Origin: an uncultured Porphyromonadaceae bacterium
Lineage (GTDB): Bacteria > Bacteroidota > Bacteroidia > Bacteroidales > Muribaculaceae
DNA length: 64,000 bases
NCBI GenBank assembly: GCA_947573485.1
Contig: CANPGB010000006.1
Location: forward strand, 50,585-114,584
Direction of reading: 5' to 3'
Shown: in pieces, positions 26,301-35,519 of the stretch
How positions within the stretch are numbered: the first letter of the stretch is position 1
Layout of the letters: every line of letters starts with the position of its first letter
Notes under the pieces: model-generated
Told to the model about the DNA's origin: nothing
The model's database searches: none
The model's input: the letters and a program-made list of their open reading frames with translations, nothing else
Position numbers and translations under genes: made by a program

Positions 26301-27909
26301 TGCTAAGCCCGAGAGCCTCAAGGTCTATTTCCGAAGCGGTAAGTGTTGATTGAAGGGAGTGCATGCCGCCTTCATCGCCATACAGCACATAAGCAAGTAG
26401 CTTGGCATTGGGGTCGTCAAGCGAGAGACTGAACTCGCGGCGTTTGTCGGCATCGGCTTTGAAGTTGGCGGTAAGGTCGGTGTATGTATATCCTTTTACC
26501 ACAGCCTTTTCAACCTCAAGCGATACATCGGCAATCAGGGAACGCCCTGTGCGGACCTCACCTTCAATTTTTGCACTCAGTTCGCCGAAAGTTGAGTTGC
26601 CTGTCAGTAAATCAAGACGGAACTCTTCGAGTTCGAGACCTCCTTTGGCCGAGAGGTAGCTCCCCGATTTTGAATAAGTTACATCGCCTTTTATGTCGCC
26701 TGGAGAGCCCATGATGTTCAAGGCGATAGCTCCTTTGGATAGCGAGCCCTTGCCTTCGACGCCTAATGTTAGGTCGGGCATGCGTGAAATGATGTCGAGG
26801 GCTTGTCGGGGAAGCATTCGGCGGGTCAGCGACGCAATCTCGGGCCCGTTGAAGTGTACCGAAAGTCGGTCGATGTCATAATTGAGGCTCTTGGGTTGCG
26901 CAAGGGTGTCGGCAGTTGCCGACAAAAGCAGCGCGAAAGAGCCACCGCTAATATCGCGCACGGCAAGAGATCGCACATCGGCATGCTCCATATTGCCGCA
27001 GATGTCGAAATCAAGGGCGAAGGTATGGGGAATTTCGGCAAGCACAGGTGCGAATGCCTTGAAATCGGCGGGTGTGACTGCTGCCGGAGAGCTTGTGGAG
27101 AGCGTGAGTTGTGATTGCCGCAGCCCCTCGGCAATACGTGAGAGCGAAGGGTAGGTGAGGGTCACAGGTGAGAGACTCAGGCGCGAAGCAGGCAGCTCGA
27201 CCGTGAAGTTGCTCAGGGTCGCGACGTGCTCATCGACATCGGCTTTGGCACGCAATGTGCTGAGCTCGAAGCCGCAACGCTCGCGGAAAGAGAGGTGGTC
27301 GAGTTCAACGCTGTACCGGCTGTTGCTGATACGAGGTATATAGGCGTTAAGCTCAAAGTCTGAGATACTTATGTGCGCGGGATCGAAGCTCCCCGGCTCG
27401 CGCGTGGGGGCATCGAGCACATCGTAGGCGAGAGAGGCGTTTCGGAGCACTACGGTGTTGATTCGCAGATCGAAAGCCTTCTCTTGAGAGGGACGGTCGG
27501 AGCGCAGGCGCCGCAGTATGGGGGTGATGTTGAGGTCGGCTCCGGCACTCTCACGCCACAGGCTGAAGGTGGCTCCGTCAACGAGTGCGTAGTCGATAAC
27601 GAGTTCGCCCGTGCGTATAAAATGGAATAGCTCGAAGCCTGCGCTTACAGTGTTTATGCGGGCAACTTCGGCACTGTCGAGCGTCAGCGACATGTCGCTG
27701 ACGGCCAGGCGGTTGAAAGGGTGAATATTAATCTCTCCTATGGCGACTTCGGCTCCGAGAAGCGACGACAGCTCGCGCTCGGCAACCTCGCTTATGGTTT
27801 TCTGCACCGGATCGACCGAGAGGAGCACGTAAAGAGATACGGGCAGCACTACCGCAAGGAGCAGCAGGGTCGAGATAATGGCACGGAAAATTTTCCAGGC
27901 AAGTCGCAT
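23386..27909 (-). CDS. tamB: translocation and assembly module protein TamB-like (AsmA-like/DUF490)
   Basis: About 1507 aa. Single N-terminal TM anchor (WKIFRAIISTLLLLAVVLPVSLYVLL), a long beta-rich body and a conserved C-terminal region ...NGNFGYRD...GDFDIEYLL...WRLKAYNR. Start set at MRLAWK (27909) because a strong hairpin occupies 27923-27951. Confidence 0.8.
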   Translation of the reverse strand: MRLAWKIFRAIISTLLLLAVVLPVSLYVLLSVDPVQKTISEVAERELSSLLGAEVAIGEINIHPFNRLAVSDMSLTLDSAEVARINTVSAGFELFHFIRTGELVIDYALVDGATFSLWRESAGADLNITPILRRLRSDRPSQEKAFDLRINTVVLRNASLAYDVLDAPTREPGSFDPAHISISDFELNAYIPRISNSRYSVELDHLSFRERCGFELSTLRAKADVDEHVATLSNFTVELPASRLSLSPVTLTYPSLSRIAEGLRQSQLTLSTSSPAAVTPADFKAFAPVLAEIPHTFALDFDICGNMEHADVRSLAVRDISGGSFALLLSATADTLAQPKSLNYDIDRLSVHFNGPEIASLTRRMLPRQALDIISRMPDLTLGVEGKGSLSKGAIALNIMGSPGDIKGDVTYSKSGSYLSAKGGLELEEFRLDLLTGNSTFGELSAKIEGEVRTGRSLIADVSLEVEKAVVKGYTYTDLTANFKADADKRREFSLSLDDPNAKLLAYVLYGDEGGMHSLQSTLTASEIDLEALGLSNTFSGKRLAAKLNMAVDGSCLSDVSGYAQLFDVRWVDKAGKGLRINNIRAEAHPEYPISELTLSSDFLNGSLRGDYDFGALPAQLRDMVADFLPAICPRDAKKKVPEGVNDFSFDFTLASCPELTSFFKLPVHTLYDVNIDGRVDSRARKAFASIEAPYLRQGNKLLENTDVFVVIDKEHDNNSIYATSQFPTKKGDMAVTALIGMLDNKLDTKIDWSIERAIPLNGTVGFTTELRSVGKQAGATFPLDALVEFLPGTVNFGDEVWRITPSQIDVTPNRLDVAGFGLTAGTQSIAINGTIGKSEADSLTVSLNTVALLPIFDTLEIDKALIGGRATGVFTAKDIFSAEPFLRCPRLHVDSIGYQRCTIGDADILAEWNNSHKSFYLDADITGLEGRKSRIYGDIFPFTEALDINFDADSVPVGFLKPFMEAFTSDISGRASGKCRLFGTFKEIDLEGDIKADNVKLKIDFTGTSYTATDSVHLRPGSIVLRNLTIRDSEGHTALLNGNVGHKFFKEPTFRFDITDARDFLSYNITAKDNPDWYGTIYGNGGVSISGYPGVVNINVAMSTAPRSKFTFVLNDRLDAEDYTFLTFRDVTPDSLKPASTVRDDTPAAVRAFRSGNTGEAESPSAYNMDIRVDVTKDAAMTLVMDPVGGDEIKATGEGNLHMVYRSTNNDLNIWGKYTVAEGSYRFTLQDIIIKDFTIREGSMIQFDGDPYGVKTSLEAFYATNANLSDLDESFLQDKEVARTKVPVHALMKVTGDIRQPSIDFDLEFPTLTSDTYRKVRSIVSTSDMMNRQIIYLLALNRFYTPDYMSSTTKGSELVSVASSTISSQLGNILGKLSDKWSIAPNFRSDKGDFSDVEVDVALSSRLLNNRLIFNGNFGYRDKTLNTNQFIGDFDIEYLLNKRGTWRLKAYNRYNDRNYYVRTAQTTQGVGIMFRRDFDKLFNFLRPKKKEESDTTDIKTPANPEK

Positions 27910-27922
27910 AGGGTGTGAAAAG

Positions 27923-27951
27923 CCGGGACACAATGATTTTTTGTGTCCCGG
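27923..27951 (-). terminator. terminator-like hairpin between malQ and tamB
   Basis: 11-bp perfect stem CCGGGACACAA / TTGTGTCCCGG with a 7-nt loop, followed on the minus strand by CTTTTC. Lies 21 nt after the malQ stop and 14 nt before the tamB ATG. Confidence 0.5.
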
Positions 27952-27971
27952 CAGGTGTTTATTTCAGTTTA

Positions 27972-30647
27972 TTATCGTCCGGAGTGTTTGATTTTGTCAC
28001 GCAGGTAACCGTTGTATTCTGTCTGTGCAATAAGGTCTTCTACAGTGAGGTGCATGCGGTATCGCCAGTAGTGACGCGGATTCGCAGGCACGTTTATCTG
28101 CTCTTCCTGGGGTTTCTCGCGGCGTATTGAGCCGTCGATAGAGAGCCAGTCCTGAAGCGGCAGTATGCAGAGCATGGAGGGCGACTGCAGATGCAGGTCA
28201 ACAATCTTGTCGCACACCCAGGGCTCGGCATAGTAGGGAGCTGCGCCGCCTTCGTGGAGTACCTCGTTGTAGTACTGCTGGGTCTTGGCGCGGTCTTCTT
28301 CCCACCACTGGCGTATGCCGCCCATGTCGTGGGTCGAGGTGGTGCATACCGAGAAGTAAGGATAAGTCCAGGTATTGCCGAAAGCCGACGAGGGGTCTTT
28401 GGGCATGCGCTGGATTTCGAGCGACAGAATCTCGAGCTGCTGCATTACCGCGGGAACGCAGGCGGGAATCATGCCGAGGTCCTCGGCGCACACGAGCATG
28501 TCGGTGGAGTCGATGAGCGGGGGCAGCTTCCACATTGCCTTGCCATACCAGAAGTCGTTGTGGCGGTGATAGAAGAAATCGTTGTAGAGGCGGTTGAAGC
28601 ACCAGCGCTCGTAGTCGTTGAGCGAGCGGTAGATGTAGGTGTATTGCGCCGATATGCGGGGGTGATATTTGCCTTTCTCAATGGGGTCTTCAATGAAGAG
28701 CACCTCATCGACAAGCCCGAGCAGACCCTCGCAGATGCGGGTGTTCTTCTCGTTTTTGGGCTGCTTGGCAAAGTAGTCGGCAATCTTGCGCTGGGTGTTG
28801 AACTCGGGTTTGAGAGCGTGGCGTCCGCCGCCGAGGTCGTCCATATAAACACGCAGGGTCTCGGCAGTATAGGGGCCGAAGAAATCTTCCACGAAGTAGT
28901 CCATTATGTATGGGCGGGTGTGAAGATCGGTGTTTATCCAGAAGTCGTAGTTGTAGCGAAGTTCCTCAACAGAGTAAGGCAGGGCGGGATTGAAGTATCC
29001 GAGCAAACCGTGTACGGCGTCCATAGGTATCTGCCATATGCGGAAGAAACCGAGCACGTGGTCGATACGGTATGCGTCGAAGTATTCGGCCATTTTGCGG
29101 AAGCGGGCTTTCCACCACGCAAAACCGTCGCGGTTCATCTCTTCCCAGTTATAGGTGGGGAATCCCCAGTTCTGACCGAGAACCGAGAAGTCGTCCGGCG
29201 GCGCTCCGGCCTGGCAATCCATGTTGAAGAGGCGGGGATCCTGCCATGCGTCGGCGCTGGTGCGCGAGATGCCGATAGGAATATCACCCTTGAGAGCTAT
29301 GCCCTTGGAGTTGGCATACTCGTGCACATGACGCATCTGCTTGTCGAGGTTGAACTGCAGGTAGCACACGAAGTCAATCTCCGAAGGATTCTCTGCCACA
29401 ACTTTTTCGAGCACGGCCGGCGAGTATGCGGCATATTCGCCCCACTTGGTGAAGTCGGGGGTGTTGAAGCGGTCGCGCAGCACGCAGAAGGCGGCATAGG
29501 GGCGGAGCCAATAGCCGTTGCGCTTCACAAAGTCTTTGTATGCGGCGCTTTTGAGGGTCTTGGCACCTTCCTGGGCGAAAATTTCGCGGAGATATGCTAT
29601 CTTGGTGTCGTTGGCACGCTCATAGTCAATCTCGGCAAGAGCGTTGAGCTCAGCGGCGATAGCCTCGTAGTGCTTGCGGCGGGTGGCATCTTTGAGTTTG
29701 CCGAGCTCCTGCACGCGAAGGAACATGGGGTGCAGCGCGAAAGTTGAGTTGGCGTTGTAAGGATACGAGTCGGTCCACGTGTGGGTCATGGTCGTATCAT
29801 TGATAGGGAGGAGCTGGAGAAAAGTCTGACCGGTTGCTGCTGCCCAATCAATCATGGGGATGAGGTCGTAGAAATCGCCCACACCCATATCCTGAGTGGT
29901 GCGGAGCGAGAACACGGGGATTGCCGTACCGGCACCGCGCCAAGGAGTGAGAGTGTTTATAAAGCGCATACCGGCAAGAACGGTAGCTTCTTCATGACGG
30001 GGTTTGATGCCGATGCGACGGTTGTCGCCCCCTTCCCAGGCAACGAGGTTGCCCGTATGTGCGTCAATTATGAGGAATTTATATTGAGTGTCGGAGTCAA
30101 GACCCTGCGAGGGAACGTTTACTTTCCAGACGGGGAACTCGGCGTCGCTCATACGCATGGCTTTCGAGGGCTCCCAGTTGCCGAGGGCCTCGCCTTCGCC
30201 TGCTACAGCAAGCACACGACCGGGACCCACCATAGGCGCGGCGATACAGAGGGTGGTGAAGCCGTCGAGAGGAGTGACTTCTTTGGCAGGCTCGGGGTGG
30301 CGGCAGATACAGCCGGTGAAAGCCGACGAATAGAAAGGCTTGTCGAGAGGCTGATCTTGCCAACGGTCGAAGATACGGCACGACTCCACGCCCTTGGTGG
30401 CACGGAAAGTATTGCCGTTGCCCCATTCTTCTTTAACAGAGCCGTCGTCGTTGCGGACAATATATCGGTAATCAAAGGCTTCGGCAGAGTCGGGAATTTC
30501 GACTGTTACCGACCATTTGTCGACGCCGTCGAGCGTCATTCTGAGGGCTTTGGCATAGTCGCCACCCCCGAGGGCGGCAATATTGCCGGTGACAAAAACC
30601 GATTCGCCCCAGTTGGTTCGGTAGTCGATGTTGAACGTAAGCTTCAT
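27972..30647 (-). CDS. malQ: 4-alpha-glucanotransferase (GH77) with N-terminal CBM20 starch-binding modules
   Basis: CBM20-like N-terminus (FNIDYRTNWGESVFVTGN...WSVTVEIP...YRYIV). GH77 core motifs DSYPYNANSTFALHP, DIPIGIS, YRIDHVLGF and GMIPACV. 891 aa. Confidence 0.9.
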   Translation of the reverse strand: MKLTFNIDYRTNWGESVFVTGNIAALGGGDYAKALRMTLDGVDKWSVTVEIPDSAEAFDYRYIVRNDDGSVKEEWGNGNTFRATKGVESCRIFDRWQDQPLDKPFYSSAFTGCICRHPEPAKEVTPLDGFTTLCIAAPMVGPGRVLAVAGEGEALGNWEPSKAMRMSDAEFPVWKVNVPSQGLDSDTQYKFLIIDAHTGNLVAWEGGDNRRIGIKPRHEEATVLAGMRFINTLTPWRGAGTAIPVFSLRTTQDMGVGDFYDLIPMIDWAAATGQTFLQLLPINDTTMTHTWTDSYPYNANSTFALHPMFLRVQELGKLKDATRRKHYEAIAAELNALAEIDYERANDTKIAYLREIFAQEGAKTLKSAAYKDFVKRNGYWLRPYAAFCVLRDRFNTPDFTKWGEYAAYSPAVLEKVVAENPSEIDFVCYLQFNLDKQMRHVHEYANSKGIALKGDIPIGISRTSADAWQDPRLFNMDCQAGAPPDDFSVLGQNWGFPTYNWEEMNRDGFAWWKARFRKMAEYFDAYRIDHVLGFFRIWQIPMDAVHGLLGYFNPALPYSVEELRYNYDFWINTDLHTRPYIMDYFVEDFFGPYTAETLRVYMDDLGGGRHALKPEFNTQRKIADYFAKQPKNEKNTRICEGLLGLVDEVLFIEDPIEKGKYHPRISAQYTYIYRSLNDYERWCFNRLYNDFFYHRHNDFWYGKAMWKLPPLIDSTDMLVCAEDLGMIPACVPAVMQQLEILSLEIQRMPKDPSSAFGNTWTYPYFSVCTTSTHDMGGIRQWWEEDRAKTQQYYNEVLHEGGAAPYYAEPWVCDKIVDLHLQSPSMLCILPLQDWLSIDGSIRREKPQEEQINVPANPRHYWRYRMHLTVEDLIAQTEYNGYLRDKIKHSGR

Positions 30648-30717
30648 ATAGCGTTTATGCGTATGATATTATTGTTTAAGATTTCATTTGCCCCAAAGGC
30701 GCGTACTATTATCTTTA

Positions 30718-30725
30718 CAAATTTA
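30718..30725 (-). promoter_or_regulatory. -7 promoter box (TAAATTTG on minus strand) for malQ
   Basis: Plus-strand CAAATTTA, 71 nt upstream of the ATG at 30647. Confidence 0.45.
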
Positions 30726-30769
30726 CACCAAAAGTAGATACGATTTTTTGTTTTAAGAAAATTTAGCAG

Positions 30770-31543
30770 TCAGAAACCTGCCACTTCTTCGGGTGTTATG
30801 GTTATGATCTGTGTCTTGCAATCTTCAGCCGAAGGGGCGTAAACGTATTTCACACCTATACCGTTCTCCTTCATAAGTTGCAGCTGAGCGCTTGAGGCCG
30901 GTTGGGTGAGCTCTTCGCGGAGATTCTGGCGGGTGGTTTCTTCCAGAATTGGCATGACGGCGTCGGTGAGTTCGTAGTCATCGGAATCGTAGGTGTAGAA
31001 GAACGATATATAACTGTCGTTCAGTCGTGCGCCTGTCATTATCAGACCGTCTTCGATGACCGCCGGACACTGTGCATTGGCCGCCCCGACAATCAATTCG
31101 AGACGGTGACGGCTGTCGTTCTCATCTTCCTCTGCCTCGAGCAGCTCTTTCAGCTCATCGGGCCAAAGCGATATGGCAACGCTGTCGCCCGACTGGTCGG
31201 CTTTATAAATCAACGTCAGAGCCGATTCGGCCTTTACAATCTGCTCAAGAAACTCGGGTACGTCGTTTCGCAGAAACGATGCCATAAGTTTTTTCTGATA
31301 CTCCGTTGTCTTGCGGAGCGCCACAATCTCGGCGACATCCTCATTTAATGTGAAATTGACAAGCACGGTGTTATGCCCTTTGTCGTACGACATACCTTCG
31401 AGCGTTGCACAGTCGGCATAGTTGGCGGGGCAGTCGGCATTTATCTGGTCGAGCATTATTCTGAGACGTGCCTGCTCGCCGTTGCTGCACGACAACATAA
31501 AGAAAGTGAGGACTGCAATGCAGAGATTTGTGATTTTTCTCAT
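30770..31543 (-). CDS. hypothetical lipoprotein
   Basis: Lipobox MRKITNLCIAVLTFFMLSC. Acidic, helix-rich body. No known motif recognised. Confidence 0.55.
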   Translation of the reverse strand: MRKITNLCIAVLTFFMLSCSNGEQARLRIMLDQINADCPANYADCATLEGMSYDKGHNTVLVNFTLNEDVAEIVALRKTTEYQKKLMASFLRNDVPEFLEQIVKAESALTLIYKADQSGDSVAISLWPDELKELLEAEEDENDSRHRLELIVGAANAQCPAVIEDGLIMTGARLNDSYISFFYTYDSDDYELTDAVMPILEETTRQNLREELTQPASSAQLQLMKENGIGVKYVYAPSAEDCKTQIITITPEEVAGF

Positions 31544-31567
31544 AGCGTAAGAGGAGAGTAAAGGTTT

Positions 31568-32815
31568 TTAATATGCGAATATCAGGGTGGAGGCCTCGCC
31601 CATGGCTTCGGCGACAGCGGCTATCTCGCTCTTGGGCATGGCTTCGACGGCCTCTTTGATGTCGTTGAAAGTCTGTGGAGCGCCTCTGAAGAGTGTGGCA
31701 CGCGCAGCGGCCATGATGCGGTTCTCGCGATTCTCGGCGGCGATAGCCAATTGTCCGAGATACTGTTTCTTGGCAAGGTGGAAGGCGCGGTCGGTGAGCT
31801 TGCCGTCGGCTATGGTGCCGAATACTTTCCGGCACAGGTCGCGGCAGAGCCCCAGGTCCTCTTTATCACAGCCAAAATAAACGGTAAGCAAACCTCCGTC
31901 GGTAAACATAGCTGTAGATGTCTCAACCGAATAGACAAGCCCACGGCGCTCGCGCAGCTCCACATTGAGCAGCGAGTTCATGCCCGGGCCGCCTGTTATA
32001 TTGGCAAGCAGAGCCACGGCATGCCGCTGAGGGGAGTTGACGCCACCTACTCCCGCGCCAATCAAGGCATGACACTGGTGGATGTCGAGCGGAACAGTGC
32101 GTTCGAAAGTTCTGAACGGGAACGTGGAAGGCGGAGCGACAGCTTCTTTTGTCCCCGGGGGGAGAGCCGCGAAATAGCGTGAGCACATCGAGGCCACTGC
32201 ATCGGGGCACTGGCGTCCTGTGTAGAACAGCACACAGTTTTCGCGGCGGTAATTGCGGTCGAGAAAAGCCCTGCAGTCGGCACTGCTCAGGTGCTCGACG
32301 CTCGCAGGGTCGCCAAGAATATTGTGCGCCAGGGGAGATCCGTCAAGAGCGAGCTCCTCGAAGTCGTCGAAAATAGCCTCGGAAGGGGTGTCGCGGTACG
32401 AATTGATTTCGTCGATAACCACCTGTCGCTCCTTCTCGAGTTCGACCTCGGGGAAGGTGGAATTTATGGCGAGATCGGCTACAAGCTCAATGGCGCGAGA
32501 GGCGTTGCCTGCCGGGAACACACTGTATACCACTGTCTCTTCTTTGGTGGTATAGGCGTTGAGTTCGCCCCCCACGCTCTCCATGCGGTTGATTATATGC
32601 CATGAACGCCTGCGCCGGGTGCCTTTGAAGATTGTGTGTTCCACAAAGTGCGCGAGCCCGTGTTCCCCGGCACGCTCATCGGCACTTCCCGCCCGCACCG
32701 CCATACCGAAAATACCGGCATAGGCGCTGCGGTCGTGTATGTGCACCAGTCTGAGACCGTCGGGCAGATTTACGAGGGTCGCCTCAGGCGTTTTCACTGT
32801 CGGCTCCTTTCTCAA
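31568..32815 (-). CDS. M16 family (pitrilysin/insulinase-like) metallopeptidase, single-unit 415 aa
   Basis: Inverted zinc motif HFVEH followed by ...ELNAYTTKEETVY. The 5' end overlaps the ispG 3' end by 32 nt. Confidence 0.8.
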   Translation of the reverse strand: MRKEPTVKTPEATLVNLPDGLRLVHIHDRSAYAGIFGMAVRAGSADERAGEHGLAHFVEHTIFKGTRRRRSWHIINRMESVGGELNAYTTKEETVVYSVFPAGNASRAIELVADLAINSTFPEVELEKERQVVIDEINSYRDTPSEAIFDDFEELALDGSPLAHNILGDPASVEHLSSADCRAFLDRNYRRENCVLFYTGRQCPDAVASMCSRYFAALPPGTKEAVAPPSTFPFRTFERTVPLDIHQCHALIGAGVGGVNSPQRHAVALLANITGGPGMNSLLNVELRERRGLVYSVETSTAMFTDGGLLTVYFGCDKEDLGLCRDLCRKVFGTIADGKLTDRAFHLAKKQYLGQLAIAAENRENRIMAAARATLFRGAPQTFNDIKEAVEAMPKSEIAAVAEAMGEASTLIFAY

Positions 32816-34367
32816 TCCACTGGCCGTCGGCCTTTATGAGGTCTATGAGTGCTGCAAGCGCTTCGTCCTGCGGGATATTGCGCTTGACGCACTCTGTGCC
32901 ACGGTAAATGCTCACGTTACCGGCAGCGGCACCGACGTATCCGTAATCGGCACCTGCCATCTCGCCCGGACCGTTCACTATGCAGCCCATGACAGCAATC
33001 TTGAGGTGTTTGAGATGTATACAAGCCTGCTTAACCTTTTCGAGAGCCACTGGCAAGGCGAAGAGGGTGCGGCCGCATCCGGGGCAGGCCACAATCTCGG
33101 CCTGGAAGCGCGCTATGCCGGCTGCCTGAACAATCTTCTTACACAAGTCTTCCGCTTCCTCGCAGGTTAACAGGGGCGAGCTGATGCCTACAGCATCGCC
33201 ATAGCCCTCGAGCAATAGAGCACCAAGGTCACAGGCGGCGGCTACAATGAGCTCGTCGCAGTCGCTAAACTCAGGATACGAAAGCACTATGCAGGTTGGT
33301 GCCGCCATATCGTAATCATCTAAAACCGAGCGTACGTATGCTATGCGCGAAGGGCGGTCAGCTTCAATAAGCTTATATCTTTCGGCGGCGGATTCAGTAT
33401 GCCCTATAATTTCGGGAGCAGAACCTTTACGGCGACCCGTACGTGTGCGACGGGGGCCGCCATACTGCTTCGATGCGGCAAGGTTTGCCATGGTGTGCTC
33501 AACAAGACAACGGGCCACAGGAAGCTCATTGACCGGATCTTCACTGAGCGATACACGTATCGTATCGCCTATACCGTCGCTCAACAAAGAGCCTATGCCA
33601 ACCGACGATTTGATGCGTCCTTCGAGAGCATTGCCTGCCTCTGTAACTCCAAGATGCAGGGGATATGCCATATCTTCGGCGGCCATACGCTCTACAAGCA
33701 GACGCACGGTATCGGTCATGACAGGCACATCGGAGGCTTTGATCGAGACTACGACATCGTTGAAATTCTCGTCGCGGCAAATGCGGAGATATTCGAGAGC
33801 CGATTCTACCATGCCTTCGGCGCCGTCGCCAAAACGGCTCATCACGCGGTCGCTGAGTGAGCCATGGTTTACGCCTACCCTTATGGCAGTGCCGTGAGTG
33901 CGGCACAGTTCAAGGAAGGGTATGAATTTCTGCCGTATTTTTTCAATCTCGGCGGAATACTCCTCGTCGGTGAACTCCATTTTACGGAATGTGCGCCCGG
34001 GATCAAAGAAGTTGCCCGGATTGATTCTCACTTTCTCAACATGCAGCGCAGCCTCGAAAGCTGCCGCAGGATTGAAGTGTATATCAGCAACGAGAGGCAC
34101 AGCACAGCCTCGGGCAAGGAGTTCCTCTTTTATATTCTCCAGATTGGCGGCGTGGTTCACGCCCTGGGCGGTGAGACGCACGAGTTGTGCCCCGGCTTCG
34201 GCGAGTGCGAGCGCCTGGGAAACTGAGGCCTCGGTGTCGAGCGTGGGCGTTGTGGTCATCGACTGTATGGCCACCGGGTTCGGAGCCCCGACTTTAAGGC
34301 CCGAGATATTGGCCGGTGTCACACGCCGACGCAGTGAAGCGGCAAGTTCTCTGTCAGATTCGGTCAC
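32784..34367 (-). CDS. ispG: (E)-4-hydroxy-3-methylbut-2-enyl-diphosphate synthase
   Basis: PVAIQSMTTT, VRLTAQG, ADIHF, RINPGN and C-terminal 4Fe-4S cysteines (CPGCGRT ... GCIVNGPGE). The long form with an inserted domain is typical of Bacteroidota. Confidence 0.9.
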   Translation of the reverse strand: MTESDRELAASLRRRVTPANISGLKVGAPNPVAIQSMTTTPTLDTEASVSQALALAEAGAQLVRLTAQGVNHAANLENIKEELLARGCAVPLVADIHFNPAAAFEAALHVEKVRINPGNFFDPGRTFRKMEFTDEEYSAEIEKIRQKFIPFLELCRTHGTAIRVGVNHGSLSDRVMSRFGDGAEGMVESALEYLRICRDENFNDVVVSIKASDVPVMTDTVRLLVERMAAEDMAYPLHLGVTEAGNALEGRIKSSVGIGSLLSDGIGDTIRVSLSEDPVNELPVARCLVEHTMANLAASKQYGGPRRTRTGRRKGSAPEIIGHTESAAERYKLIEADRPSRIAYVRSVLDDYDMAAPTCIVLSYPEFSDCDELIVAAACDLGALLLEGYGDAVGISSPLLTCEEAEDLCKKIVQAAGIARFQAEIVACPGCGRTLFALPVALEKVKQACIHLKHLKIAVMGCIVNGPGEMAGADYGYVGAAAGNVSIYRGTECVKRNIPQDEALAALIDLIKADGQWIEKGADSENA

Positions 34368-34369
34368 TG

Positions 34370-34879
34370 TCAGTCGTTTGTTTTGAATTTATAATCAGAG
34401 ATTTCGGCAAGTTCTCTGTCGGCTTTTGTAACCTTTGCCGAGAGCGATGCGCAATAAAGGGCATAGCGCGAGGTCAGGAGCTTGTCGGAGAGCGAGAGAA
34501 TACGCACGGCAAGCACGGCAGCATTGAGCGCTCCGTTGATGCCGACGGTTGCTGTGGGTATGCCCGGAGGCATCTGCACGATAGAGAGCAACGCATCTAC
34601 ACCGTCGAGTGTCGAGGCAATGGGAACACCTATTACAGGCACGGGTGTAAGGGCGGCAATCACGCCGGGCAATGCGGCAGCCATACCGGCAGCGGCAATT
34701 ATGACCTCGACGCCGCGCTCATGGGCATGGCTGGCGAAGTCGTCGACGGCGCGCGGGGTGCGGTGTGCGCTCAAGGCGTGCATTTCAAAGGGAACTTCCA
34801 TCTGCTCGAGGAAATCTGCGGCCTTCCGCATTACGGGCAGGTCGGAGGTACTCCCCATTATTATACTAACTTTTGGCAT
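34370..34879 (-). CDS. purE: 5-(carboxyamino)imidazole ribonucleotide mutase
   Basis: MPKVSIIMGSTSDLPVM...SAHRTP...IIAAAGMAAALPGV. 169 aa. Confidence 0.9.
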   Translation of the reverse strand: MPKVSIIMGSTSDLPVMRKAADFLEQMEVPFEMHALSAHRTPRAVDDFASHAHERGVEVIIAAAGMAAALPGVIAALTPVPVIGVPIASTLDGVDALLSIVQMPPGIPTATVGINGALNAAVLAVRILSLSDKLLTSRYALYCASLSAKVTKADRELAEISDYKFKTND

Positions 34880-34886
34880 GGTTATA

Positions 34887-35519
34887 TTAAGCGTAGGTTA
34901 TTACTATATAGACTGTTGCAAACGAGAGCACGGCTCCTGCGAAAACCTGCATCAAGGTGTGGCGCTCGAGATAGAGGCGAGCCCAGGCCATAACGCCGAC
35001 AAGTAGGATGCCGGCGCTTGCCCACACGAGAGCGCCCGTCTCGATGTATCCGCAGCGGGCGAGCCAGAAAAGGACGGCGGCCAGACCGCCTACTCCGCCT
35101 GTATGGGCGCTGATTTTCCAGAACCGTGTAATCAGCATGGAGATAAACGATACTATGGCAGCCCCGGCAAAGAACATCGCAAGCCAGTGGGGCGCCTGCA
35201 TGTATGCCACGAAGAGTGCCGCTCCTATATAGCACGCCGTGCTTATGCAGTAAGGCAAGGTGCGCTGGCGGCGGTCTGAAATCGAGGCATCGCTGACTTT
35301 ACCTATACGCATGAGCAGCAGTATGGAGCAAAGTGGTATCATGCAGGTTATTGCAAACACTCCGGCGAGGGCCCACAGGCGTACCGTGAGCGGCAGGTAA
35401 TGCAGCCGTGTGAGGAAGAGAGCCACCGCCATGCCGTAGGTGGGCACGAGCAGTGGTGAGAATAAGTCGCTTGTGAGCGAGGCTGCCGTATGCAGTAACT
35501 TGTCGCTTTTCATAGTCAT
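34887..35519 (-). CDS. PAP2-superfamily membrane phosphatase
   Basis: Six hydrophobic helices. Degenerate PAP2 motifs: DRRQRTLP (KxxxxxxRP-like), KISAHTGG (PSGH-like), ARLYLERHTLMQV (SRxxxxxHxxxD-like). Confidence 0.55.
   Translation of the reverse strand: MTMKSDKLLHTAASLTSDLFSPLLVPTYGMAVALFLTRLHYLPLTVRLWALAGVFAITCMIPLCSILLLMRIGKVSDASISDRRQRTLPYCISTACYIGAALFVAYMQAPHWLAMFFAGAAIVSFISMLITRFWKISAHTGGVGGLAAVLFWLARCGYIETGALVWASAGILLVGVMAWARLYLERHTLMQVFAGAVLSFATVYIVITYA

Noticed and set aside
32784-32815. 32-nt overlap between the ispG 3' end and the M16 peptidase 5' end as a possible frameshift or fusion.
   Set aside because: Both reading frames are complete, with normal termini (ispG ends after its Fe-S cysteine motifs; the M16 gene starts MRKEPTVKTPEATLVNLPDGL). 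Overlaps of this size occur elsewhere in this window.
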